A stretch of DNA of 64,000 nt from Nageia nagi (taxonomy: Eukaryota > Plantae > Pinophyta): positions 10,974,001 to 11,038,000 of the forward strand of contig JBITNC010000002.1 of assembly GCA_050084985.1 (NCBI GenBank). The letters run 5' to 3'. Position numbers and translations under genes: made by a program. Below are positions 34,590-46,489 of this stretch, piece by piece. The notes under the pieces were generated by a model. It saw only the letters and a program-made list of their open reading frames with translations, ran no database searches and had not been told where the DNA came from. Each line of letters begins with the position of its first letter. Positions within the stretch are counted from its first letter, which is position 1.

Positions 34590-37500
34590 TGAGCATCATG
34601 ACCACTTCTAAGAGCAATTCGGCTAAAGACTTGGCTAGGGATCTCAAACGACTGAGGCAAGATTGCATCATCACCATATGTGAAAGACAAGACCCCCTTT
34701 CCCAAGGGGCCAGATTCTCAAGGAATGGTCTTGCTATGATCGGAGACACAGATTGGCAAGACGTTGATCCTATGCAAATGAGGAAGAGAATACGTGGGTT
34801 CCCAGTCAATGACCTCAAACAAGACATTGTATTCTTTTCCGAACTCTCCACTTGTGCCTTCATCCCATTTACAGCTCCTTTTCCTTAATTGTGCATGGAA
34901 TTGGGTCATAATTGGAAAAGGGGGAGAGAGTCCTTCGGGAAATCAAGGGAGACATCATTATGGACTTCAGCCCTGATGCCATCAAAATTGTGTTTCAATG
35001 GACCTCATTGGTAAAATTCGAGTACAACGAAGCGGAGTCACTAGCATGTTATCAAGAGACTCATAGGCGACCGTTGCAATAAGGAATTGGATGCTGCCTG
35101 AGCATCATGGACTCAAGGGGAATGCTCTCATAAATGCCCCTCGCTCAAACTTCCACCCTTCCATTGAGTTGATGATCTTGATGTTGTCTAGGATTTTGGG
35201 AAAAGAAGATGCATTTAAGTTCAGGAAGGAATTCTTTGGCTTCATCGTGGAGATGGCTTGAGGAAAGAGGATTAAGTGGAGCAAGGTGTTGAGCAACACG
35301 TTTTTCGAACAGTTGTCATCAATGGGCACCACACACAAATTCTACCTCAATTCCTACCTGGTATACTTGTTGCTCCATGGAAAGTAGGGCCACGGATAAA
35401 GGGGAAGTAGCATGGATTGAGAAAGGAACATATGCCATTTGGTGGTGCTACCCCAAATGGAAGCTTGAAAGGAGATGGAATAGTTTCATCAAGAAGAACG
35501 ATGGATGGGAGTATGAGATCTACAAGGATCTCAAAGGAGAAATTATAGTGACTAGGATCTCTAACTTAGCCCAAGATGCATTGAAGAAACATGGGGACTT
35601 CTTCTATCACCAACACTTCCTACATCAAAATCCATGGGTCAGTCGTGCAACCATATCAACTGCCTAGATTTGTAAGCAATAGATTGCTACTTATGGAAAT
35701 GATGAGGCAGTTGGCCTATTTGCATGAACAGGTATGGTAGAAGAAATCGGCTACTTCAAACTTACCAATCATAGTTGGTGAATATCAGTGCAAGACTTGG
35801 GCAGATGTTGACACCATGAAGGAGGAGTTGGAGAGATTCAACTTCAAGAAAATGCCTGCCGCAAATTACCATGACCCTGAACACAGGATTCACCAGTTTT
35901 ACATGAAAGAAAGGAAGAAAGCATATGAACATAAGCCACTCAGAGAAGAAGAGCCTTTCCAGAACATGAGCAATGAGGGGGAAATGAAGAAGATTTGTGA
36001 TAGGATGTATAAAAATGCCCATGATCAACAATAGCTTGTTGAAGCCTCTATTGACAAAAGATTGTCACAGCAAAAAGGAAGAAGACCACAAGAGTCCACC
36101 TTCAGGGCCACTTATTTCCCTCCCACAGTCGAAGAACCTGTTGGGCAATATGCATCAATGCGTGGTAAGAATCCGGTGGAACAGGTAGTACAATAGGTCA
36201 TGGACACCATTGATGAGCATGACATGAGAGAGCTAGAACGTGTGGCCACTGACAAGATGGTGAGGTGTGTCAAGAATAGAGAGAAGGATCCATCTCCACC
36301 ACCAAGACCACGTAGAGAATTGATTGCATGTCCATCACTAGTCGTCCCGCCATTTGGGTCCTCATCCTCTAGTCCTAGGTATGAACCTGATGACAATCAA
36401 GAGAAAGGACAAGCAACTGAATCAGAAGATGAATAGGAAGTGAGTACAATGCAATGCAATGATGTTCCAAATACCCAACAAGGGGACACATCTTTGGTGA
36501 TCGTGAAAGTAGTTCAAAAGCCTACTTCCTTGGAACCTTCAATAGGAAAGGGTAAAGGTCCAATTTCAGAGTCAATACTAAGAACACAATTGAAGAGGCC
36601 TTCCCAGTCTCGATCGATAGAGGTTTCCAGAGAGCACAGTGAAGAAGAAGAGAAACCCTTTAAAAGAGCCAGGAAAAGCACTACCACTATTTAGGAGGCA
36701 GTTATCGAAACCCATTAGCCACCACCCACAGATGAATGGGGAGTTAACATGGAAGAGTGTCTAGATGTGTTTAACATGGATGTCGGTGAAGACTTTGGAG
36801 TTAGAGAAGAGAATGATCAAATTGGAGAAAGCTCTACCTGCTTGGGTAAAACCCAAACTTATGTGCACTTGGCTAGCAATGCGGTTCACATCAAAAATAT
36901 AATCGCCAACAAGGATAACCCACAATGACTTGGAGACCTTAGACAAATAAACCAAATCATCAATACAGGTCCTATTGGTGTGGCTGGTCGGAAACATGCA
37001 ATCATATCTAACATTGAGGCGATTGCCAAAGATGGGATGATGAAAGAAAAAGAAATAAAAAGCCTCAAGAAGGAGTTACCTGCTCAGAAAAGATTGACCA
37101 GAGAGTTAGAGTCAATAAAGGTATCCATGGAGGAGCTTCGAAAGATAAAACCCCTCAAGAAGGGTATGATCGTAGTAAAACAGGAAGTAATCGATGAGGT
37201 CTTGGTGGTGGTTTAGCAGTTCATTGGTACATTGTAGAGGGTCACACTTGAGGAACAAAAGTTAAAGGACATTATGGTGGAGAGAGCCAGCCTTCTCAGA
37301 ATTCTAGATTCCCGAAAGCCAATGATAATGAGATTTGAGATGACACAGGGTCAAAGGCTTGAGGATGCAAAGTTTTGTGAGGATTACTGGTTTTACTTGG
37401 GTGTTGTCAATCAGATAGCCACTCTCTTCCAGGAGGTGCAAAAGGAGGTTGAAGCACTCAACGATAAGGCTAACACCAGCCTAGAACAAATGGATTTCCA

Positions 37501-37814
37501 AGTCAAATTCATAGATGATGATGCCACCATTAGGGACAAGGAATTGATAATGGCAAAAGTCAAACACTTTTCTCCATAGCTTGATCATGACTAATGACGT
37601 CAACACCTATCAGACTAGAAGTCACCTTAGACACTTGTTGAGAGCTCATGCTTGGAAGAATGATATGCAGAGGGTGATTGAAGAGGTTGGATGTTGTGTT
37701 GCTGGGAATGGGCCAAAGATGTCAGAGATGCTACGTGGATTGGAACTCACGACAAAATTCTTGGACGAGGATTCCGAGGGATGTGTTGAGGCTTTGGGCC
37801 CACCTCCGTCTTAG
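34590..37814 (+). pseudogene. Decayed long extra ORF, homologous to the Tat extra ORF at 52844-56287
   Basis: Fragments IKWSKVLSNTFFEQL...FYLNSYLVYLLL, HGDFFY..YIKIHG..YQLPRFVSNRLLLMEMMRQL, then a low-complexity linker and coiled-coil C-terminus. Confidence 0.7.
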
Positions 37815-39505
37815 TCACAATTTCTATAGTTTGTTATTTTATTTTCAAGAAAAGACACTTATTTTGATAAAATATTTTTATTATATTTATTATTTAATTC
37901 TCAAACTTGTGATGGACGAGGATTTGCTCCCACAAGTTTGGAAGACACTTTGTAATGCCATGCGGCAATTTGTGATTGAACCATGTGTATTTTCTCGTAT
38001 TTTGGAATTAGGGTTAGGGCAACATTTAGAGTTGCCAAGAAAACTATAGCCCATTTGGCTTCATTTGTAGAGGATTAGACACTTTGCATTTGTGAGAGAC
38101 TTAATATTATTGCCAATTAAGCAATTTTGCTCCATTTGTGAAAATGGTGTGATTTCAAGTAATTGAATGGTGAATGATTTCATTTGATGGGACTATGAAT
38201 GTTAATTGTGCACTTTGAGTGGATGAATGCTATTGCTATCTTGTCTTATTCAAGTTACTTGGATCATCTTATAAACCTTGTTGAGGTGGATGAGAGAGTA
38301 GTTGAATATCTCCTGAAAGTGATTTGAGTAAAACTTGACTTGTGATAAGTTCATAGTTTGCATAACAAGACATGTGCATTTTGTGATGGCTCTCTCTTAT
38401 GACGCTTAGCTTAGGAACTTCACTCCACACTCGAAGATCTACCCACGAACTACCTTCTACCACCCTTGCCATTGCTTTAAGCTCCTTTTACTAGTCCATT
38501 CGTGTAGTTGGCTAGTAGAGTGGACGCGGAGTGCGTGGAAAGTGAATCAAGCCTAAGAGAAGCAGATCCCAATCCTACGTACATGTCGGTGGAACCATAT
38601 ACATGTGTGCCTGATTCATACACCCTGGTCTAATCTACCTTTTTCCTTATTTTTTCATTTTTTTTGCGTTGCTTTCGCAACCTGTTTTTCCTTTTCTTTT
38701 GAGAAACAACTATTTTCTAGAGATAGGGACCCTTCGAGTCCTTGGTTAACAAACGATATATGAGTTGGAAACAACTTTAAACATCCTAGCCAGTTTCCTG
38801 AGTAACCTCTCGCACATCCCATCACGAGACCTTTGAGTTAACCAATCCTCATAGTGGGTAGGGTTCACGCCCTACCACCTAGGTGTTGGTGTCTTCCATA
38901 AGCCCTGCAAGCTTATTTGCCCATCAGCAGGGTAGGAAAGAAAAATTCCCCAACAATTAGGAGATTGGATTGCTAAAGAAATATGCTGTCCATTTTAAGT
39001 GAGGTACTTGCTGAAGCTTACTTTGCAATTATTTCTAGGGCTTGCGATTGGTGTGTATAGCTATCTCCTCTAACTAGTTGTGTTTCATATTCATGAGTTG
39101 CACAAAGGAGTATGATTCTTTGTCATATGTAGGGTAGTTGAGAACTGCTCCTGGAATCAACAACTCCCACAACATTGATTTTTATCTCAAAAGGCTTCCT
39201 CATCTTACAAAAAACAACATTTTAAATCTGATTTTTGGCTCTTGGAAGGATTTTTCTTGCTTTGTACATACCGTGGCCTCATTCTTGTGTGTTGGCTTTT
39301 GTAAGGATGATTAGTATAAATGACAAGTTTCTTATGAATTGTTTGAAGTTATATATTGGAGTTAATAAAGCTTGTTAATTGACATTTCTTTAGGTCTTGA
39401 CCAGTTCATGAAGGCTTACAATTTGGCTAGGTCAATCTAGAGTTCTCCTCCTCCAACTACATATCCAAGGTACAACAATAAATTCATGGAAAATTCATAC
39501 ATATT

Positions 39506-41620
39506 TGTTGAGTACGGTGTAGCGATGTTGTCAACACGATGAGATTAGTAAGCATATGGTTCACATGGTTGCACATGTCAAAGAAATAATGTCGACAAGA
39601 TTGCAAAGTTGTCGGACGCAAAAATGACAAAGGGACCAAAAGTTGTCATGAGGTACCAAAAGTTGTCAAGAGGGCCAAAATGCAAATGGAAGGTGATGAA
39701 CAACCAGAGATGGCTTGGCTTGGATAAGTTGTTGGATTGATAACAAACTTGTGTGTAGCGTTGGAATGGTCAAATTTCATGTTGGTTCTTTTTTGGGCAC
39801 ATTTATGGATTTTTGAACAGTCAGAAATTTGGGTGAAATTGGCTCCGTGCAAATCAAATTGCAAGCAAACGGTGTTGATTCAGAAGTTGAAATTTAAAGC
39901 ACATATAGTACTATATACCAAGAAGATGTCCAAATTTCATAGCAAGATGATGACCAAGGCAGAAATGGCGCAAGCTGCAAAATGCCACTTGGTAACTTTT
40001 TACAGTTTTGAGAATAAATTTTGGCCAAGTCATGGAAATAGTTGGATGGTTGTTTCGGGCTTTTAAAGTCTTCAAATTTAAAATTTAAAAGTTTGTACAC
40101 ATATAACTTGATGAGATGAACAATTTTGTCTTTTGAATCATCTCGATTTCAGATCCCGAAGTATGAGAATCTATAATTTACATAAAACTAAGCATGTGAA
40201 TTGTTTGACAAAATACCAGTGAAATCTTTGTTGGAGGCCACTTTGCATGAAAAATATGAGTATTTAGACCTTCAAATTTGGACAAAGTGTAGTTGGGTAT
40301 ATGTAGTATATGAGGTTCAAATTTCAGATCAAGGAGGCAATCGAGGCAGAAATGGTACAGGTTACAAAAATGCCACTTAGTAACTTTTTTGCAGTTTGGT
40401 GCACTTTTTGGGATAGCAAAGAAAAAAGAGGAATTCCATGAGTTTGAGTTGAGATATTTGTTTTCTGGTTGTAGATTTGTAATCAGCATGAAAAATCTCA
40501 GAACTTTGGTTTTTGTTTTGTCTCAATTGGAGGTCTAGAAGTCAATGAACAAGGATGCCTGGTAAGTGTTTGACGAAATGACAAGACATAAATTTTGGCT
40601 AAGTGCTGAGCCCAATTTTGGCAGTGAAATGTTTGACAAAATGCTTATTATGATTTTTGAATATTTGTTTTTGTTTTTTGTTAAAATATATTACACTCCT
40701 AATTAAGTTTGGAGAGTTTTAGTGATATAAATATAAATACGGGCTTTTAGAGATTATTGAGCATCTATGCAGAAATTGTAATACCATTTTGTGTCATACG
40801 AACTTGGAACACGCATTTTGAGTGCAATTGATGTATCATCATGAACTAGTTCTCTAATATTCAGATTTTTTTGGATTTGTGCATTGGTAGTGTAGTATGA
40901 TTTTGAGCAGTGTGTGAAGTATGTGTGAGTAATGGATGTGTCTGAATGAATGGTTTCTTTATAGTTCTACAAGTTTTGAGAGTTCTAAATGTGTGTGAGA
41001 AATCATATCAGTTTTGAATCAGAATGTGAAATGTTTTCTTGATTTGAATAACGATAGTCCTTCTAGTGGTTTCAGGAACAGTTTCTTGGTCCGTTTTGGG
41101 GTTTTTCAGCTGACAGGTGTGAAGAGTGAGTGAGTATGAATAAAAGGGTTGAAGCTATACAAGAGTGTGGTGATTTTTGGAATGAAAAGGAAATGTTGAA
41201 GAGATAGATTCAGGTTATGGTTGTGTGTAGAAGTGTTTTGAGCTAGACCATTTTGGGTCTTGGGTAACTGGTTATTAATCCTTCATCTTATCTTATTGAA
41301 TCTGTCAAGTGGGTGCTTGGCAAGAGGAGTTGGTGTTGCAGAACTTAGGGGTTGGTGCTCCTTCCAGTCGGTGCTTGTAAATTGCATGTAAAGTTGGTGC
41401 TTTACAATGGCTAGATTTGGATTAGAGTCCAAGCAATCTTATTCGAGGATGTAGCCACATTGGTGAACCTCGTTATATCTTGTGTTGTGTGATGTTCTCT
41501 TCTATGTTTGCTCTATTTAGTTTTATCTTTCTGTTGCAATATTTAAAGTTTTTGGTTTTGAAGTTTTAAATTTAATGACATTAATTCACCTCCCCTCTCA
41601 ATGTCACACGTAGTTCAACA
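39506..41620 (+). mobile_element. Solo LTR, Ty1/copia SIRE-like (2115 bp)
   Basis: TGTTG...CAACA termini, TSD ATATT, subterminal ATTCACCTCCCCTCT resembling the SIRE-type U5 motif. Confidence 0.85.
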
Positions 41621-41675
41621 ATATTCAAGTTCAATTTCGGCCGATTCTTTGTCAATGCTTCCAAAACAGTCCTTG

Positions 41676-42899
41676 TGTGAGGATCCAAAATAACCCTCAA
41701 TCAAAAACAAACCAAACTAGGGCTTCTGCAACCCTCAACACACAACATTGGGCCCCTAGGGCACCCAAACACACCACAGTGCAAATGTGAGCCTCCTAAG
41801 GCCTCCACACAACACGCACAACCTAACGTTAGCCCCTAGGGCTTTCTCAACATCTTGCAAACCCTACTAATGCCTCCTAACAACAATGCACAATACAATA
41901 GCACCAACAAATGTAATACAACTTGATACAACACGAGTACAAAGCTTCCAACACCAGTATATTAAACATACAGAACATACAATGGAACAAAACAACAACA
42001 AGGGACACAATGAGCTGTCTTTTATTATGAAAGACAATGACATACAATGGAGGCACAACCATAGATCTAGGGTTCCAAACCCTCAACAAGTTGAAAATAC
42101 AATGGGATTAGATTGACTCCCTTAGCAACCCGAATCCCCTCCTGCGAAGGAGTCTACTCGAATTCTGGCAACCTCTGAAGGTAGAAGCTCGTCCTTGGAA
42201 TTCCACCAGATGGGCTAGGTGGCCCACCTAAGCCGTAGAATGTCAGGCTCCCAACCTTGCCACTCCTCTAGATGCCGTCTAGGAATATGTGCTCAGCATC
42301 GCCAAGACTTGGTTGCCCTATTGAGTTTGGTATAGAAAGTATATGATAAGTGGTAACCTCATAATGAAGCTCCATCCCCTATATATAGTCTCTCATGTCC
42401 ATAAGTCATGCCTCGTTATCACCCCAAGCCTTCTCTAATCAAATGTTGGGGTCAACAAGTCAATAGTGTCAACGTGGGGGTCATATTGGCCCAGTATGCC
42501 AACGTGGGGGTCCCATTGGCCCAGTATGCCAACGTGGGGGTCATGAAGGCCCTCAAGGCTGACTTTGGGTCCAAATGGCCTCCTAGGCTAATGTGGGGGT
42601 CTGTAAGTTCTCCTGAGCCAACGTGGGGTATGTGGGGTCCTCCCAACGTTAGCACGCTCCTCTGTGCACCTTGAACATACATGACACATCTACTTAGGGA
42701 TTCCCACAAGGCGGGATAGCCCATTACATTACACAACATCACTACTCAAGGAGAGACATCCCATTGCTGGGCTCATAGTGGGGCCCGCAAACCATAAGCT
42801 CCTACTTTAGTTACACAAGTACAACATGAGTCATGAACATACACTAGAATACAAAGTGACCATGATACAATTTATCATTGACCCAAATGGGACATCACA
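41676..42899 (-). mobile_element. Solo LTR (1224 bp), same family as 58927-60104
   Basis: TGTGA...TCACA termini, TSD CCTTG, 30 bp tandem repeats at 42470-42545, reversed TATA near 42380. Confidence 0.85.
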
Positions 42900-42904
42900 C
42901 CTTG

Positions 42905-43330
42905 GATAATTAATATTGTCCTCTCATTCTTGCTAAACACAACTTTCATCCAAGGACTAAAATACAAAGTTATCCAACGCAGCTTCAATACATCATTCAT
43001 TGATGTCATGAATGTGGTAGGGCCATTGCTAAAATGGAATGCCATCACTTAACTTCATAGAGGCCTTGCCTTGTCATTAAGGTTGTATTTCATGTCTTCT
43101 TCATTCACTCGAACACGGTGATATCTTGATTCCAAATACAAATTGATGAAGTAACTAGCATGCTTGAGCTGTCTAGCAAGTCATCTATCCTTGGAACTGA
43201 GTATCTATACTTGCTTGTGATCTTGTTGAAGACCCTATAGTCCACACACATCTTCCACGTGGCATCCTTGAATCAATGCTACAGATGAACCAGTAGGAGA
43301 CCCACTTGGACCAATTTGGTCCAACAACTA
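42905..43330 (-). mobile_element. Decayed Ty3/gypsy (chromovirus-type) RT fragment
   Basis: [32 protein letters not shown]. Confidence 0.75.
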
Positions 43331-44756
43331 TTGAATCTACTTCTTTAGTTAATTTTATTTTAACATTGATTACACACTTGGAATTACAGAATTTAGTAGC
43401 AAATTAGGAATCACTATTATGTCCGTTTTCTAACATACATCACTATTACTTATATCTAACTGGTGCTAACAAACATAATTAGGTGCTGTGTGCTATACAA
43501 ATGACAGGCACCAATTTCTGTTGTCAGTGAGTATTGTTTTGTCATTATATTGCGAATGATGTCAAAAAAACTACAAAAGGATCTCTACCAGTATGGCCCT
43601 TCCTGGAGATGTGTTGTCTTGCATTCATAGCTCAGATTTCACATATTATTATATCTGACGCTTTATTTTTTCATTTAAAACCATGCTATTTTTGAACATC
43701 CGACTCCATAAAAATACCTTGCACGGTATGGCAAACTCTCTATTATCTTTTCATTTAGATTGAGAACTAGATGGAGAAAGTAGATAGTGACCTTGGTCAC
43801 GTTTCCTGTCTTATATCACATAGGAGGAATGCATGCTTTCTAGTAGCAGACTTCTTCTTATGGCTTCCATCAGGTAGCATAACAGCATGCTAAATATACT
43901 GTTTGATGCTGTTTCTCTAGGTGCACGCCTCAATCCATTGTTGAGTCCTTGGCTCATTGGCCTTCTTCACTACCTGCTTCTTTTGTAGTAGTTAGTACTT
44001 AGTATCTGTTTGGAATGATAAATTCCTATATGGAGCTTGGTGACATCTGAAGAGGACAGGACTGAGGCAGAATCTAAACAAGTGGAAAATGTTAGTTTCA
44101 ATTGCTTGGTCTTTGGATCATATCACTTGGAGATTTTGATGTATTACTTCATTTTAATGGTTGTAGAATCATCTCTTTTATACTGGTATTTTAGGCCCTC
44201 AGCCTTTTTTTTTGCTTCTCATGCTTCTAGCTTATACCCTGTATTTTGTATCTCAAGCCCCTTGACTTTTTCTTGGATGGTGTGCTAAAATATAACCTAT
44301 TTTTTGCTGAAAATAGCCATGTTTTGTTTTTGAGAAGTTGAGGCTATTTTACCAAGAAAATTACTGTCAGCTATAGCATTTTTGTTCCCTCATCATTCAT
44401 TAACAAGGTTCCTTTTCTATTTCCAATGACTTCAAGGAAATTATCATGGTGAATGAGAAAGAATATGAAGATAGAGAAAGTATTATAATTCATAGTTATG
44501 AAATGCAAATTCAGCCGATGTTTGTTTGAGTCAAAGTTGAGAATATTTGACGATTCGGCAATTATGTGGCCAAAAAAAGGACAAGAATATGATTTTAGAT
44601 AAAATGTAACATATTTTTTGCATTAAATACACAAAATACATGATGTTTTTGTCATAAAATTTATAGCAAATTGTTTATTACAAACAATCTCATCCAAGTT
44701 GATCACATCACGATTGGATTTATCTATTTGTCTATGACAAAGCATGGGATTGTAAT

Positions 44757-46341
44757 TGTATATTAATACATAATCATTACTCCAAGGTTTTTTGAAAGTA
44801 TGATCACTTCCGGAGGTGACGTAAGCTAAGCATAATCACAATGGGTTTAAGAATCGTTTCCGAAAGTGATTACTTCATTATGAAAGAAGAAAAGCCCCTC
44901 GAAGTTAATGTTGAGTAACCCGGGTTCCGGAAGAGATGACGTCAGCGATTTCAGGCCTTAACCCAAAACCGGATCCCGGAAGTGACGAGGTCAGCGAGGA
45001 GTGATCAAATAGCCGGAGCCGGTGAGTAAAACATTCCTGAAGTATGAAGATGACGTCACGGGGAGGACGATGTTCACATTTTTGAATGAAACCGGGTCCT
45101 GGAAGTGATGAGGTCAGCAAGAGATAATCGAAGAAGTCGGAGCCCGTAAATTAAGTGTTCCGGAAGTAAAGCGTTCCGGAATAAGATGATGACGTCACAG
45201 AGGATAAGATAGTCGCATTTTGGTAAAGACCGGGTTCCGGAGATGATGAGGTCAGCAAGGGGTGATTAAAAAGGCCGGAGTCAGTAGATAAAGCGTTCCG
45301 GAATGAAATGATAAAAGCTCAGTTGTGGAAAAACCCGGGTTTCGGAGAAAGCGAGTAAAACATTCCGGAAGTATGAAGATGACGTCACGGGGAGAATAAT
45401 GTTCACATTTTTAAATGAAACCGGGTCCCGGAAGTGATGAGGTCAGCAAGGAGTGATCAAATAGCCGGAGCCAGTGAATAGAGCATTCCGGAATGTAGAG
45501 ATGAGAACAGCAAAGAGAGATCAAATAGCCGGAGCCAGTAAATAGAATATCCCAGAAGAGACGAGGACAACGAGAAGTCGGATCACAGTCATCAATAGGC
45601 CGTATCATCTGCAATCTGCCCAGTTTTGTAATATTCTGCCAAGTGGCATATGTAGGTAGTATCAGTTAAAAGAAGGTTAGAATCTTGAAGCCGTTTTGTA
45701 AACGTTTCTGTTCTGCAATTCTTGTAACTGTTGTTGCTTCAGTATAAGTATATGAAAATAAAGTGAAAGAAGGGTCGGAAGCCCTAGTATTGCTCTTTAC
45801 ATTTGTTCTCGAAGACCTGTAGTTTTTATCAGTAATATGATACCATCTTGACCTTTCTTATCTAGCACTCGTAATTGTCATTCTTAATTTGGTTACATCG
45901 TGGCAGCTTGGCTTGTTTCCTGAATGGTAATCGCGAGCTGCTAGTATAACTGTGTCTGCTACATGGTAGAGTAAAGCTGGGAAACTATTAGAGAGTGAGA
46001 GCTTGTATCGTAGCTGCTACACTAGATTCAAACCAAGGTTTCACACACTGTGAAAGCCCGCGCTGAACTAGTGATCCACCTTTGCTTTCTCTTGTTACCC
46101 TAAGCCTTTTTGCTTAAATTCCTCGCACTCTACTCCTTTTTATTTTCTTTCCTGTTACCCTAACCCTTTTGCTTAAATTCCTCGCACTCTACTCTTTTTA
46201 TTTTCTTTCCTGTTACTTCTTCTACACCCAATGTATAAGGAACCGGCCTTCTCCGGAGATCAGACTGTCACCATAGTCTGTTCTTGATTTACTTTGGTTA
46301 AGATTGTTCGCGGCGCATATATTACACAATCCTAATCAACA
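44757..46341 (+). repeat. 5' LTR (1585 bp)
   Basis: TGTATATT...AATCAACA; direct repeat of 56376-57961; internal CCGG/TGACGTCA subrepeats; ~60 bp tandem duplication at 46090-46215. Confidence 0.97.
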
Positions 46342-46352
46342 GTATTTCTTTT

Positions 46353-46398
46353 TGGCACGCTCGGTGGGACACGAAGAAACTTATTGGCGACTCTGCTG
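46353..46398 (+). promoter_or_regulatory. Tandem primer-binding sites for two tRNA-Arg isoacceptors
   Basis: TGGCACGCTCGGTGGGAC (46353-46370, Arg-TCT-like) and TGGCGACTCTGCTG (46385-46398, Arg-ACG-like); tRNA assignment from recalled plant tRNA 3' ends. Confidence 0.8.
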
Positions 46399-46489
46399 AA
46401 GCACTATCTATGGTATGTATTAAAGCAAATTATTTGTAAATATCATATGTGCTTTTGAACCTGTCACTTTCTTTTGCAACCTAGAGTTT

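Larger units (their letters stand above)
32969..38955 (+). mobile_element. 6 kb TG..CA unit (giant solo-LTR-like) carrying a hairpin array and a decayed Tat-type extra ORF
   Basis: Starts TGTTG, ends CCCCAACA; 5 bp TSD ATTAG at 32964-32968 and 38956-38960; no internal LTR pair and no gag/pol. Confidence 0.8.

Noticed and set aside
44905-45614. Antisense ORFs repeated in both LTRs (also 56524-57233)
   Set aside because: By-products of LTR subrepeats; non-ATG starts and no domain
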